Counted from the stretch's first letter, positions 18,208 through 28,534 are shown. The stretch is DNA of 64,000 bases from Verrucomicrobiia bacterium (GCA_036269115.1 DATAST010000262.1:3386-67385); one strand, 5' to 3'. Translations and numbers: made by a program. The notes: a model not told the origin generated them from the sequence alone.

Positions 18208-20430
18208 TTAGTGTGCCGGCGCGAGCTGGTACTTTTGCAATCTGGCCCTGATGGATTCTTCCAGCTCGGTATTGTTTCCGGCCCTTGCCAACACCAAAGC
18301 CTGCTGCAAATTCTCGATGGCTTCAGCCGTTTTTCCCTGGCTGGCCAGTGTAATTCCTAGATTATTGTAAGAAGAAGCGTCATTGGGATTCAATTGAATG
18401 GCCCGGTTGAAGCATTCGACGGCGTCGTCCAGCTTGCTCTGCCTTGCCAGAATGACGCCCAGGTTATTGAGGGTATTTGGATCATCGGGCTTGAGGGCAA
18501 TGGCCTGCTGATAGTAATCGGCGGCGGCGCTGGTATCGCCCTGCGCCGCCAGGGCGCCGCCAAGGTCATTCAGGGCATCAAGGTAATGAGGTTTGAGCTG
18601 AATCGCCGATTCATATTGTTCAATGGCCTGGTCCAATTTTCCCTGCCTGGCCAGAATCAACCCCAAATTGCAATGCGCTTCGGCAAAGTCCGGATTGATC
18701 TGAAGGGCCTGCTCGTAACTGGCGGTTGCGCCGTCGTAGTCGGCGTGAGCGGCGTAGATATTGCCCAGGTTATAGCAGGTGTCGGCGTCTTCGGGATTTA
18801 GTTGCAGCGCGTGATCCAGGCCCTGCACGGCATCGTTCACTTTGCCCTGGCTGGCGAGGGCCACGCTTAAATTGTTGAGAGCCCCGACGTTATCAGGTTC
18901 GAGTTGGAGCGCCTGGTGAAAATCCTGAATGGCCGCATCCAGTTTCCCCTGTGTGATAAGCACTTTGCCGAGATTATTAATGGATTTTGCGTCCTGAGGA
19001 TTATATCGGAGCGCCTGGTCAAATTGTTCGACGGCAGCCTTGGCGTTTCCCTGGTACGCAAGCGCGATGCCTAAATTGCAATGCGCGATATGACTCTGGG
19101 GCCAGAGCGAAAGCGTCCGCGTCCAAATTGAAATGCTGTTCTTCCAGTAGCCAGTCTGGACATATGCGACAGCTGAAAGCACGAGCAGGACAATTCCCGC
19201 GGTGCAGGCCAATACAATTCTTCGGAAGGGCAAAGACCGCAAGAGTTCCGCCATGCCCCATGCGATGAGAATCAGCAAACCAATCTGTGGGAGATAAGTA
19301 TAACGGTCCGCGCGCGATTGGTCGCCGGTCTGCATGATATCTATGACCGGCAAAAACAGGATTAAATACCAAAGCCAGCCGGCCAGGAAGTAAGGATGTT
19401 TTCGCCGCGCCAGCACAGCGCCAGCGGAAATTCCCAACAATACCAGGAGGGACAAACAAAGCTTCAGTATCGGTAATTGGCCGGGAGGACGGGGATAGAG
19501 CAGGGCCAGTCCCGCCGGATAAATCATGTGCCCCAAATAATCCATATAAGCCATGAGCGCATTGCCCAGCCGCCAGGGCCATGAAAAATGGTGAACCGCA
19601 AGGACGACGTGCCTTTGGGTCAATAATGTTACAGCGCAGCCTGCGGCGCTAAGCAAAAAGAATGGCCATTTTTCCAGGAGCAAGATCAGAAAAGAGAAAG
19701 TTTTAAACCGTTCAAGTGGCCAAAAGTCCAGAAGCAGTAAAACGACAGGCAGCGTGACGATCATTGACTTGGACAAAAGTCCTAGAAGGAAAAAAACCAA
19801 TGCCCAATAGTAAAGAGCCGGCCAATGACTTGGATCGACGACGGCAATCACAGATGAGGGTTTTGAGGGGGGCGGCTGGTTTCGGACGTGGCGAATCCAT
19901 GTCCAAAGCGCCAGCATAAAGAATAAACCGCTCAACACGTCCTTGCGCTCGGCGACCCACGCGACCGATTCTACACGGAGGGGATGCACGGCGAATGCTG
20001 CCGCGACAAATGCACTGCGCCAGAACGAGCGGCTCATTTCCTGGAGGACCAGAAATAGAAAAATCGCCGTCGCCGCGTGGAGCAGAACATTGGTCAGGTG
20101 ATGGCCGCCCGCATGAGGTCCGTAAAGCTGCCAGTCCAGCATGTGCGAGATGTCGGTGATGGGAAACCAGGAATCCCGGCCGCTATTTTGGGTAAACACA
20201 CGGCCAATCTCGTGCAGGTCCAGTCCCCGCGTGACAGCAGGGTTTTCGTACACGATGGCATCATCGTCGTAATTGATGAAGTCGAAGCGAACGGTCTGGC
20301 CAAAAACGATCCAAACGGCGAGGGCGAGAAGCAGGCAAACTGCGGTAGATTTCCAGATAGCATGGGAGCGCGCCTTCCCTCCGGACGCATATTGGTCCCG
20401 GACAGTTGGAGCAGCATCCCCGGCCGTCAT
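18208..20430 (-). CDS. TMTC-like membrane protein (O-mannosyltransferase-like N-terminal half) with C-terminal TPR repeats
   Basis: The N-terminal roughly 420 aa are polytopic (FDFINYDDD...). The C-terminal roughly 300 aa contain at least 8 canonical TPR units (A..y..AL.l.P....a..nLG). Confidence 0.75.
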   Translation of the reverse strand: MTAGDAAPTVRDQYASGGKARSHAIWKSTAVCLLLALAVWIVFGQTVRFDFINYDDDAIVYENPAVTRGLDLHEIGRVFTQNSGRDSWFPITDISHMLDWQLYGPHAGGHHLTNVLLHAATAIFLFLVLQEMSRSFWRSAFVAAAFAVHPLRVESVAWVAERKDVLSGLFFMLALWTWIRHVRNQPPPSKPSSVIAVVDPSHWPALYYWALVFFLLGLLSKSMIVTLPVVLLLLDFWPLERFKTFSFLILLLEKWPFFLLSAAGCAVTLLTQRHVVLAVHHFSWPWRLGNALMAYMDYLGHMIYPAGLALLYPRPPGQLPILKLCLSLLVLLGISAGAVLARRKHPYFLAGWLWYLILFLPVIDIMQTGDQSRADRYTYLPQIGLLILIAWGMAELLRSLPFRRIVLACTAGIVLLVLSAVAYVQTGYWKNSISIWTRTLSLWPQSHIAHCNLGIALAYQGNAKAAVEQFDQALRYNPQDAKSINNLGKVLITQGKLDAAIQDFHQALQLEPDNVGALNNLSVALASQGKVNDAVQGLDHALQLNPEDADTCYNLGNIYAAHADYDGATASYEQALQINPDFAEAHCNLGLILARQGKLDQAIEQYESAIQLKPHYLDALNDLGGALAAQGDTSAAADYYQQAIALKPDDPNTLNNLGVILARQSKLDDAVECFNRAIQLNPNDASSYNNLGITLASQGKTAEAIENLQQALVLARAGNNTELEESIRARLQKYQLAPAH

Positions 20431-21968
20431 GGCGTCGCTTCAATATTGATGCCGAGGCGGTCGAGCGTGCTGCCTTCCTGGGAATAGAGATTCGCCAGGG
20501 ATTCTTCGTAGTTGGCCAGCGCGCGGATTTCCTGGCCGCGCGCCACCGTCAGGTTATTCTGGTACGTCAACACTTCAAAGGTAGTGGCTTTGCCCACGGC
20601 GTAAGTCTTGAGCTCGGCATCGAGCGCGGCTTCAGCGTAAATGCGGGCCTGTCGCGTCGCATCCACACTTTCGTAGTCCGATTGGGCGGTCTTTACGGCG
20701 TTATCAATCGCCACCATGATGCTTTGCTCGAGTTGTTTGAGAGTGAGGATTTTTTGTTGCCAGGTGACTTTGTCAGATTTGAAGACATTGCGAGCGCTGG
20801 CATTTGCCAATGGAACGGTCAATTCGGCGCCGTACTTGTAATAAGGAGCGCTGCCTTGCCTCAGTTGGGTCCAAGAATCATTGTAACCGCCAACAGGCTT
20901 TGGGCCGGTGCCGCTCCAGCCGTAGGAGCCGATAAGATCGAGTTCTGGATAAAGCTGATTGCGATCGAACTTGAGCGTAATGCCCGCGGCTTCGACATCC
21001 AATCGGCCTTGGATCAAGTCGGGCCGTTCGCTCAAACCCCGGCCCCAGCTGTCCTGGAGGTCGAACAGAACCAGGGGCGCTGAGAGAGTTTCCTTTGGCT
21101 GAATATCCGTGGCGTGCCAGGCTGAATAGTTATCTGTAATCAGGGTCTTCAAAGCGTTCTGGTCGGTCTCGAGAGCGCTTTGCGCGGTGATGAGGCTGGC
21201 CTGGTTTTGAGCAACTTGCGAGTTGTCCTGTTCTACGCTCAATTGGGCAACCGTGCCAATGGTCAGCCGCTGCTGGTCCTGGTCCAGCTGGGTCTGGGAA
21301 AGATCGAGGGCCTCCTGCTGGACTTTCAGGAACTCCAGCGCATAAATCAATTCGTAATAGGCATTCTCCACCGAGGTCACGCTGGCAATAACCTGCTTGC
21401 GAAAGTCCTGCTGATCGTATCTCAGCGTGTTTTTATCCAGGAGAATGGTCATCCGGAGCTTGTCAATCCAAGCGCCTTTAAGTAACGGTTGCGTTAGTTG
21501 AATCCCGACCTGGCCGCCGCTTTCCGTCGTCTCAACTGGTCCATTTGTCGTGAAATCCAAAAAATGTGATTTATTAATGTCGGCGGTCAGATCGTATTGC
21601 AATCCGGTGAATGGCAACGAACCTTTGAGTTCGGAGCTGAAATCGTTCTCTTTAGTTGTTTCGTTCGGCAAAGTGATCCCTTCAAGAATGCCGCCCGACT
21701 GAACGTCAAAAGTATGTGTGCCAGAGACGTTGAAGGCGGGGTCATAAGCCGCGCCGTAACCGGCGCGCAGGTTATAAAGCGCCAGTGCCGGATTATAACG
21801 ATGGATTTGTACGTCCAGGTTGTGCTTGAGAGTCTCAGCAATGCAATCCTGCAACGACATCAGGCGGCCGTTGGGCACGACGTTGGTGGCCTCCAGGCTG
21901 GGATTGGTCTGCGCCCCGGCTGAGACCGCGAGCAGGAGACACAGGAAGGCTGCGCCAAAGTGTTTCAT
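20427..21968 (-). CDS. TolC-family outer membrane channel
   Basis: It has a signal peptide and two OEP repeats rich in coiled-coil Q/L/A. It overlaps the downstream gene by 4 nt. Confidence 0.8.
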   Translation of the reverse strand: MKHFGAAFLCLLLAVSAGAQTNPSLEATNVVPNGRLMSLQDCIAETLKHNLDVQIHRYNPALALYNLRAGYGAAYDPAFNVSGTHTFDVQSGGILEGITLPNETTKENDFSSELKGSLPFTGLQYDLTADINKSHFLDFTTNGPVETTESGGQVGIQLTQPLLKGAWIDKLRMTILLDKNTLRYDQQDFRKQVIASVTSVENAYYELIYALEFLKVQQEALDLSQTQLDQDQQRLTIGTVAQLSVEQDNSQVAQNQASLITAQSALETDQNALKTLITDNYSAWHATDIQPKETLSAPLVLFDLQDSWGRGLSERPDLIQGRLDVEAAGITLKFDRNQLYPELDLIGSYGWSGTGPKPVGGYNDSWTQLRQGSAPYYKYGAELTVPLANASARNVFKSDKVTWQQKILTLKQLEQSIMVAIDNAVKTAQSDYESVDATRQARIYAEAALDAELKTYAVGKATTFEVLTYQNNLTVARGQEIRALANYEESLANLYSQEGSTLDRLGINIEATP

Positions 21969-22049
21969 GAGCGGAAAGTATTGCGTCTTTGCGCAATCTT
22001 CGTCAACTCAAGACGTCTCTGGTAACCGGGCGGTTACCAGGCCAACTCT

Positions 22050-23357
22050 TTATTTTGCCGGGACGGCTTCGATTCTGGCGTTCGTCTCCAAAAAGTCCAT
22101 GACCTTCTCGTGCAGCGCCTGGTCGTAAAGTTCGTGAACCGCATCGCGCTTTTGCAAATCCTTCAAGAGTTGATCGATCGGGATTTGGTGCGTCGCGGAG
22201 ATCAGCCTGGCCTGGTTCAAAGCGTCCTCCTGGGTGACGTTGATCTTTTCCTTTTCGGCGATGCGCTGGACCAAAAATGAGAGCCGGACGCGTTCTTTGG
22301 CATTCTCCGCGGCGCTCGAGTAAATGGCGTCTTTCTGTTCCTCGATCATTTCGCGGGAAATACCGCGCCGGGTATTGTCGCGGACAATGTCATAGACGAC
22401 ATTTCGCGTGACGTTAGCCACCGGCGTTTCCGGCAGCTCAAACTGGGCGCGTTCGAGCAAGGACTTCACAACCTGCCCGCGGACAGACCGTGACTGGGAG
22501 TATTTCAGCTCCTTTTCGAGGTCAACCCGCACGCCGGCGCGCAGTTTATCAAGGTTCTCCGCGCCGTATTTTTTCGCAAATTCATCGTCAATGGGAGGCA
22601 GGATCTTTTCTTTCACCTCGAGAATTTCGACTTCGAAAACTCCCTTTTTGTTTTGCAGTTCTTTGGTGACGAAATCCGCCGGGAAATCCACATTTACTGT
22701 CCGTTTATCCCCGGCTTTGGCCCCGGTCATTTGGGCGGCAAAACCCTCGATGAAGGCGTTGGGCTCGATATCGAGCCAGAAATTCTTCTTTTCCGTCAAA
22801 CCGCGCGCCGTTGGGGCGGTATCGGTGATGGGCTTGCCGTCGGATGTGCCGGTGTAATTGACCACAGCGATATCGCCCATGCGCAGCTCGCGCTGCACGG
22901 TTTCGAATTTCACATGCTGCTGCGCCAGCATTTTGAGCGCGCGTTCCACGTCCTCGTCCGTCACGGTTTTTTCTTCACGTTTGGCGGGCACGCCTTTGTA
23001 TTCGGGCAGCTCAAATTCCGGCGCGGTTTCGACCGTGGCGGCAAATTGCAGGTTTTGGCCGCGGCCGAACGTGATTTCTTCGATGTCCGGGTAGCCGATG
23101 ACGTTCAGCTTCTTCTCTTCAAGGGCTTTGCGGTAGTTTTCTCCGATCAATTTGCGCTTGGCCTCGTCGGTGATTTCGGCGTTGTATTTTTTTACGACAA
23201 GATCGCGCGGCGCTTTGCCGGGGCGAAAGCCCGGCAGCGAGGCCTGCTTTTGAAATTCCTTTGTTACGGAGTCAAAGACGTCATCCACGGCCTTTGCTTC
23301 CACTTCCACCCGCATCAATTTTTTGCACGGGGCCAGATTTTCAACGGAAATATTCAC
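22050..23357 (-). CDS. tig: trigger factor
   Basis: It is 435 aa with an N-terminal ribosome-binding segment (GFRPGKAP), an FKBP-like middle domain and a C-terminal arm. Confidence 0.92.
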   Translation of the reverse strand: MNISVENLAPCKKLMRVEVEAKAVDDVFDSVTKEFQKQASLPGFRPGKAPRDLVVKKYNAEITDEAKRKLIGENYRKALEEKKLNVIGYPDIEEITFGRGQNLQFAATVETAPEFELPEYKGVPAKREEKTVTDEDVERALKMLAQQHVKFETVQRELRMGDIAVVNYTGTSDGKPITDTAPTARGLTEKKNFWLDIEPNAFIEGFAAQMTGAKAGDKRTVNVDFPADFVTKELQNKKGVFEVEILEVKEKILPPIDDEFAKKYGAENLDKLRAGVRVDLEKELKYSQSRSVRGQVVKSLLERAQFELPETPVANVTRNVVYDIVRDNTRRGISREMIEEQKDAIYSSAAENAKERVRLSFLVQRIAEKEKINVTQEDALNQARLISATHQIPIDQLLKDLQKRDAVHELYDQALHEKVMDFLETNARIEAVPAK

Positions 23358-23480
23358 AATAAATTCTCGTCAAACGAGCCGTGCAAGATAACAGAAGCAC
23401 CGTGATAGCGTCAATGGCGGGAATGTAACAACTTTTGGGCAGGAGCGCAGACATTCCAACAGGTCGTTCGACGTCCCTTT

Positions 23481-23505
23481 GGTAGGGCGGAAGTGCCCTT
23501 CCGCC
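23481..23505 (+). repeat. REP-like element: GGTAGGG head plus 8-bp GC hairpin
   Basis: GGTAGGGCGGAAG-TGCC-CTTCCGCC is followed by more GC-rich palindromic sequence up to about 23550. Confidence 0.55.
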
Positions 23506-23568
23506 AGGGCACGCGCCCCCGGCGCGCGCCATTCAATCCGCGGCGGCGCCACATTGAGAGCCCAACCC

Positions 23569-24117
23569 TTAACGCGCCGCCACGGCGGCTGGCTTGGCTT
23601 CCACTACGGATTTCATTTTAGCCAGGCCTTTTTCGAATTGGCACCCGATCATTTTGTCGCAGTTCAGAAACAAGCCGAACAATTTACCGGGAAAATTGCA
23701 TTTCCCGGACATGGACCAGGTGACGACGGTGCCGGAGGCGCTGGATTTGAACGCGAACTCGGCGGTGTTTGTGGCGGCCATGGGTTTCACAAAGTCGAGT
23801 CGCAGGCCCACCAACTCATTGGGCGTGCTTTCGGTGATGGTATTGCGCCCCGCGCCAATTTTATTGTTGCCGGCCCATGAGTAACTGGCGCCCACTCCGG
23901 AAGGCGGGCCGTCGTAGGTCATTTTGCAATTGGGGTCCAGCGGGGCCCAGGGATTCCAAGCCTCCCAATTGTGGAGTTCGTTGACATGTGGAAAAACTTG
24001 TTCTGCCGGCGCGTTGATCCTGATCTGGCGCGAAACGCCAAATTCGTTTGATTGACCGAGGATGACGACGAGTAGAATGATGGTGATAAACGCGAGTGCG
24101 AGGAGGATAGGAAGCAT
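23569..24117 (-). CDS. SRPBCC-family protein with an N-terminal TM anchor
   Basis: It is 182 aa with a hydrophobic N-terminus followed by polyketide-cyclase/START-like sequence (I.APAEQVFPHVNELHNW). Confidence 0.65.
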   Translation of the reverse strand: MLPILLALAFITIILLVVILGQSNEFGVSRQIRINAPAEQVFPHVNELHNWEAWNPWAPLDPNCKMTYDGPPSGVGASYSWAGNNKIGAGRNTITESTPNELVGLRLDFVKPMAATNTAEFAFKSSASGTVVTWSMSGKCNFPGKLFGLFLNCDKMIGCQFEKGLAKMKSVVEAKPAAVAAR

Positions 24118-24138
24118 ATGATTACCTTTCTCTTTGGT

Positions 24139-24525
24139 TTAGTTGAGCAGACCGGAAAATTTGTTTCGTGCATTCCACAGGAGGAACAGCGCGCACACGA
24201 TGATGATGTCCAGCATCGGATTCTTCGTGAGATGTGCCGGATTGTCTACCAGCACGGTAAACGCGATGATGTTGATGATAACCGGCCCGAGCAGGAGCAG
24301 GCCAATGTTGCGCAGGCGCGGCACGAGGACGACCAGGCCGCCGATGAACTCGAACATTTTCACAAACTTTACGTAGCCGGTCGGGACAAACGCGGCCATA
24401 AAGTGGGCGATCGGTGTGCCTTCAGGCATTTTAGGAAAGGGTACCAGGTTAAGCAGCACCGGGATGCTGGCCGCCAGGAAGCAGAGCCCCAGAAGGGTAC
24501 CGGCAATGGTTGGGAGATATTTCAT
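24139..24525 (-). CDS. DoxX-family membrane protein
   Basis: It has four TM segments and typical DoxX length from MKYLPTIAG. The longer track ORF start is unlikely. Confidence 0.65.
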   Translation of the reverse strand: MKYLPTIAGTLLGLCFLAASIPVLLNLVPFPKMPEGTPIAHFMAAFVPTGYVKFVKMFEFIGGLVVLVPRLRNIGLLLLGPVIINIIAFTVLVDNPAHLTKNPMLDIIIVCALFLLWNARNKFSGLLN

Positions 24526-24581
24526 AAATAATAATAGAGTTATGAGTTTCAATAACAGTGAGTCGCAATCCCTAAGCCGTG

Positions 24582-25024
24582 TCAACCCGGGATTTCCGCT
24601 TCAACGAGTTTCGCCAAAAGCGCCAGCGATTCCTGCCAGCCGAGATAGCAGGCCTCAGCGGGAATGATGTCAGGAATGCCTTCCTGGACCACATTCAGGT
24701 CGGTGCCGCAGAAAACTTGTTTCAGGGTAATGGTCGTTTGCATTTCACCGGCCATTTTCGGATCGTCGAATTTATTCGAGTACCGAATACGCTCATGCGG
24801 TTTGAGTTCGAGATACGTCCCACCGAAAGAATGGCTCTGGCCGTTCCCAAAATTCGTAAACGACATTTGGTAACCGCCGCCTACGTGGGGGTCGATCCGG
24901 TGGACTTTGCCGGTGAACCCGTTTGGTGGCAGCCATTTGGCCATGGCATCGGCATCCAGAAAGGGCGATAAATTTTCTCCGGCGAGGCGCGGAGCACTCG
25001 ATGTAAGCGGATGGTATTTGGCAT
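24582..25024 (-). pseudogene. SRPBCC/AHSA1-domain gene with a 1-nt frameshift near codon 20
   Basis: The span from ATG 25024 to the stop is 443 nt, which is not a multiple of 3. The upstream frame reads MPNTIRLHRVLRASPEKIYR and the downstream frame reads FLDADAMAKWLPPNGF.... Together they give a normal AHSA1 N-terminus if one base is restored around 24960-24966. Confidence 0.6.
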
Positions 25025-26154
25025 ATTCTCTTTTGGTTATCGTTTTTGTTTATATTGTCGTTTCATAGGTAAGACGAACCGATTAGGGCGGAAAGGACAA
25101 ATATTTCGGTTTTCTTCCAGTGTGTTTATCTATCAGATGGAAGGGGCATTGTCGTCTCCGCCATCGGACGCAGGGCCTATACGGATATTGGATCGAGGCT
25201 ACCTTGCGCCGCTGAGCCAAGTCGCGTGCAAGCACCGAATCTTGATCTCTATCCGTCCGTTCCGATGCGTTTTGGACGCGGAAAAAGGACAGATGGGATG
25301 AACGGGAAGGGATGGGAGCGAAAATGCCTTGTATTTGCGATTTTGGCAGGAGGCTTTGGGAGGGGAACTGTCCCCCCACCAAGAGGGATTGTTTGGAACA
25401 ATTGAATTGTTCTGTGTCTGCGTAACGTATTATGGCCATGATTCTTGTGACGGAATTGAATTGTCCATTGCATTTTGCCCGGAGACAGTTCGGTGCGGGC
25501 CATTGAAGCGTTGAAACGGATTGGTCGCGCGAAGGCCGCGAAGAATGCGAAGGGTCTGATCCAAAAGCGCGCAGAGAACATAAGAACTCTATTTTTCCGA
25601 CATCCTGTTCCAAGCCGCGTGCGGGCAAAAGCACGAAACACGTGAAAGATACGGAGTACGAAGATGATGCCTCTTAGCCCGCGTCGAGGACGATGACGAT
25701 GACGAAGAGGATGACCAAACTTCGCCAAGGCTTCCACCGTTGCCGTTGCGGCTTCCTCGTTCGCCAAGCCTACGGCGGACGGGATGGCGGACAGGACGAT
25801 GGGCAGGCGATGGTTCCCCCTGGCCCTGTGAAACAGGCGATGGGCTCGGTTAGGTACACTGCCGGTGATAGTATCCTTCACAGTGGCATTTTCTCACGCG
25901 TTAGCGACGTGTTCAACCGGTTTATTTGCCACCTTTTGACACTTTTTAGAACCTTTTGGAACCCTCCTACGCGCAAGGCTACGGTGGGCTTGCCCGCCTT
26001 CGAGAATCGGGGAAAAACGGAAGCGCAGGCGCACAAAATGCTTGCAAAATCTTGGAGCGTGTGTAGAATCGTCTGCAACAGCAGCTGTCGTGGGTAATGT
26101 AATAGATCCGGGCGGAAAATATTAGATAATAGCCTCCGAACACGATTTGTCTGT

Positions 26155-28023
26155 ATGCGCCATAACCTCTCAATTCGAACTCGAACCGCAAAATTTCTAT
26201 TTGCCTTCCTGGTTTCCATACTGTCATGGCAATACACACCGCAGGCGGCTCAAGTCCTGCCAAACCGTGTCCCCGGCGCCGTTAACAGATTGCATTTAAG
26301 GGCGTCTGGTCAACTGCCCAATGCTACGCCCATCAACCTGGTCATCGGGCTTCCGTGGCGTAATCGCGAGGCTCTGACCAACTTGCTTCAGGACCTTTAC
26401 AATCCGGCCAGCCCGAATTTCCATCACTATCTGACGCCAAAGCAATTTGCGGATGAATTCGGACCCTCGACAAATGATTACGAAACGCTCACCGTGTATG
26501 TTCAGGGCCAGGGCTTTACGGTTACGCATCGTCATCCCAATCGAATGCTATTGGATGTCAGGGGACCGGCTTCGGCGGTGGAAACCATGTTGCACGTGCA
26601 TTTGCTCACATATCGGCATCCGACCGAATCGCGAAACTTCTATGCGCCAGATGCCGCTCCGTCTCTTGATTCACCTGTACCGGTGCTGGATATCAACGGA
26701 CTGGACAATTATTCGACGCCCTCATCCTATGTCCACAGCGACACCAATTTTCCGTCGGGTGCCGACGGACCGATTCCTTACGGCGGGTCAGGACCTCTCG
26801 GCTACTATTCGGGCTACGATTTTCGCGACGCTTATTTTCCGCATGTTACGTTGACTGGCGCCGGGCAGACGGTCGGTCTATTTGAGATGGACGGTTATTA
26901 TACCAACGACGTCATCAACTACGAGCAACAGGCCGGCCTGCCGAATGTGCCGTTACAAAACGTTTACCTCGATTCCATCACAGCCAATGTTCCTGGACCG
27001 AACAATCTTGAAGTATCGCTCGATATTGACCTGGCCATAGCGATGGCGCCGGGATTAACGAGCATAATTATCTATCACGGGACCAATAGTGCAGACATTT
27101 TAAACCGAATGGCTACCGACGACCTGGCCAAGCAATTGAGTTCTTCATGGAAACCGTTCGACGCTTCAGCGCTCACCGACCAGGCTTTGCAGGAACTGAT
27201 GGCGCAGGGCCAGTCCATGTTCCAGGCTTCCGGCGACAGTGGCGCGCAGCCTTCCCTGGACATCAGCCAGCCGAGTAGTCCGTATGAAACGCTCGTGGGC
27301 GGGACAACGCTGACCACTACCGGTCCAAAGGGTTCGTGGGTTTCGGATTCGGTATGGAATCCCAGCGCCGGATCGGCCAGCGGCGGAGGTATCAGCACAG
27401 TTTATCCCATTCCTGATTGGCAAACCAATGTGAGCATGGCCGGCAACCAGGGTTCGTCATCCTATCGAAATTCGCCTGACGTCTCGCTGGTGGCAAATAT
27501 GGTCAACGTAATCGCAAACAACGGACTTGGCTTTCGCGCTTTTGGGACCAGTTGTGCCGCGCCGCTGTGGGCGGGCATAACCGCCTTGATCAACCAAAAA
27601 GCCGCCCAAAACGGTCTTCCACCCGTAGGCTTCCTGAATCCTGCCTTGTATGGCATCGGGCTGAGTTCGTACTACCATTCCTGTTTCCATGACGTCACCG
27701 TGGGCAACAGTTTTACGCCCACAAGTCCCACCGAGTTTTCCGCGGCGCCGGGCTACGATCTCTGCACCGGGTGGGGCTCGCCCAATGGTGAAAGCCTCAT
27801 TGACGCTCTCATGCCCACGTTGACGATAGCGTCGTCGGCAAATCAAATAGTCATTTCGTGGCCGGTCATTTGGACGAACGCGGTATTGCAGCAGAGCTGG
27901 AACCTGTCGCCGGTCCAGTGGAACGCCGTGACGAATGCGATCTCTGTAGTCAAGGATGTGAACCAGGTCATCGTCACGCCGGCGACGGGCACGAACGATT
28001 TCTTCCGGCTGGCATTGCCGTAA
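26155..28023 (+). CDS. secreted S53 (sedolisin/kumamolisin-type) peptidase with pro-domain and C-terminal beta-domain
   Basis: It has a signal peptide, a pro-kumamolisin-like activation region, SGDSG, and the catalytic Ser in GTSCAAPLWAG. Confidence 0.82.
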   Translation: MRHNLSIRTRTAKFLFAFLVSILSWQYTPQAAQVLPNRVPGAVNRLHLRASGQLPNATPINLVIGLPWRNREALTNLLQDLYNPASPNFHHYLTPKQFADEFGPSTNDYETLTVYVQGQGFTVTHRHPNRMLLDVRGPASAVETMLHVHLLTYRHPTESRNFYAPDAAPSLDSPVPVLDINGLDNYSTPSSYVHSDTNFPSGADGPIPYGGSGPLGYYSGYDFRDAYFPHVTLTGAGQTVGLFEMDGYYTNDVINYEQQAGLPNVPLQNVYLDSITANVPGPNNLEVSLDIDLAIAMAPGLTSIIIYHGTNSADILNRMATDDLAKQLSSSWKPFDASALTDQALQELMAQGQSMFQASGDSGAQPSLDISQPSSPYETLVGGTTLTTTGPKGSWVSDSVWNPSAGSASGGGISTVYPIPDWQTNVSMAGNQGSSSYRNSPDVSLVANMVNVIANNGLGFRAFGTSCAAPLWAGITALINQKAAQNGLPPVGFLNPALYGIGLSSYYHSCFHDVTVGNSFTPTSPTEFSAAPGYDLCTGWGSPNGESLIDALMPTLTIASSANQIVISWPVIWTNAVLQQSWNLSPVQWNAVTNAISVVKDVNQVIVTPATGTNDFFRLALP

Positions 28024-28051
28024 AGGCGGAGGCAGCTTCACTTGTAATCTA

Positions 28052-28534
28052 TTGCGGGAGCGTTATGCTCGCCATGTGAGCGCTGCCGAATTGTCCCTGG
28101 TGCCCATCACCGACGTCGCTTTAGCCTGCAATTGGGTACGGCAATACTATGCCTTCGAATCTCTTCCTTTCAACGCAACCGTCGAGGCAGCTGTGGCGCG
28201 GTTGCTGGAATCTTCACGATTTGGCTGGTTCTTCGAGTTGACTCGGGATCGAGAAGCCATCGGCTATGCTGTTCTTACCCGGGCCTTTGACCATGAGATT
28301 GGCGGCGAATACGGTATTCTGACCGACTTCTTTCTTCTTGAGCCGTACCGCCGGCAAGGACGCGGTTCTCGGGCCTTGGAATTGATCGAGGAATTTGCCA
28401 GATCCCATGGATTTCGGGACCTGCAACTTTACGTGCTCGAACATAATGCCGCGGTTCGAGGATTCTATAAACGTCATGGATTTCGGGAATTTGCCGACCG
28501 GCGCCCGATGACCAAATCTATCCGTCATCACTAA
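28052..28534 (+). CDS. GNAT-family N-acetyltransferase
   Basis: It has motif A RRQGRGSRALELIE and a C-terminal GFYKRHGF. The start is uncertain (TTG 28052 / GTG 28076). Confidence 0.8.
   Translation: MRERYARHVSAAELSLVPITDVALACNWVRQYYAFESLPFNATVEAAVARLLESSRFGWFFELTRDREAIGYAVLTRAFDHEIGGEYGILTDFFLLEPYRRQGRGSRALELIEEFARSHGFRDLQLYVLEHNAAVRGFYKRHGFREFADRRPMTKSIRHH

Noticed and set aside
25834-25856. GGCTCGGTTAGGT resembling an attC right end (inner box plus GTTRRRY)
   Set aside because: There is no matching RYYYAAC or complementary inner box within 200 nt upstream on the same strand, and no cassette-like ORF. It is probably a chance match.
25083-25881. Overlapping 183-aa and 210-aa minus-strand ORFs
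   Set aside because: They are Arg/Pro/Ser-rich low-complexity translations of repeat-like DNA. They mutually overlap in different frames and have no recognisable domains.
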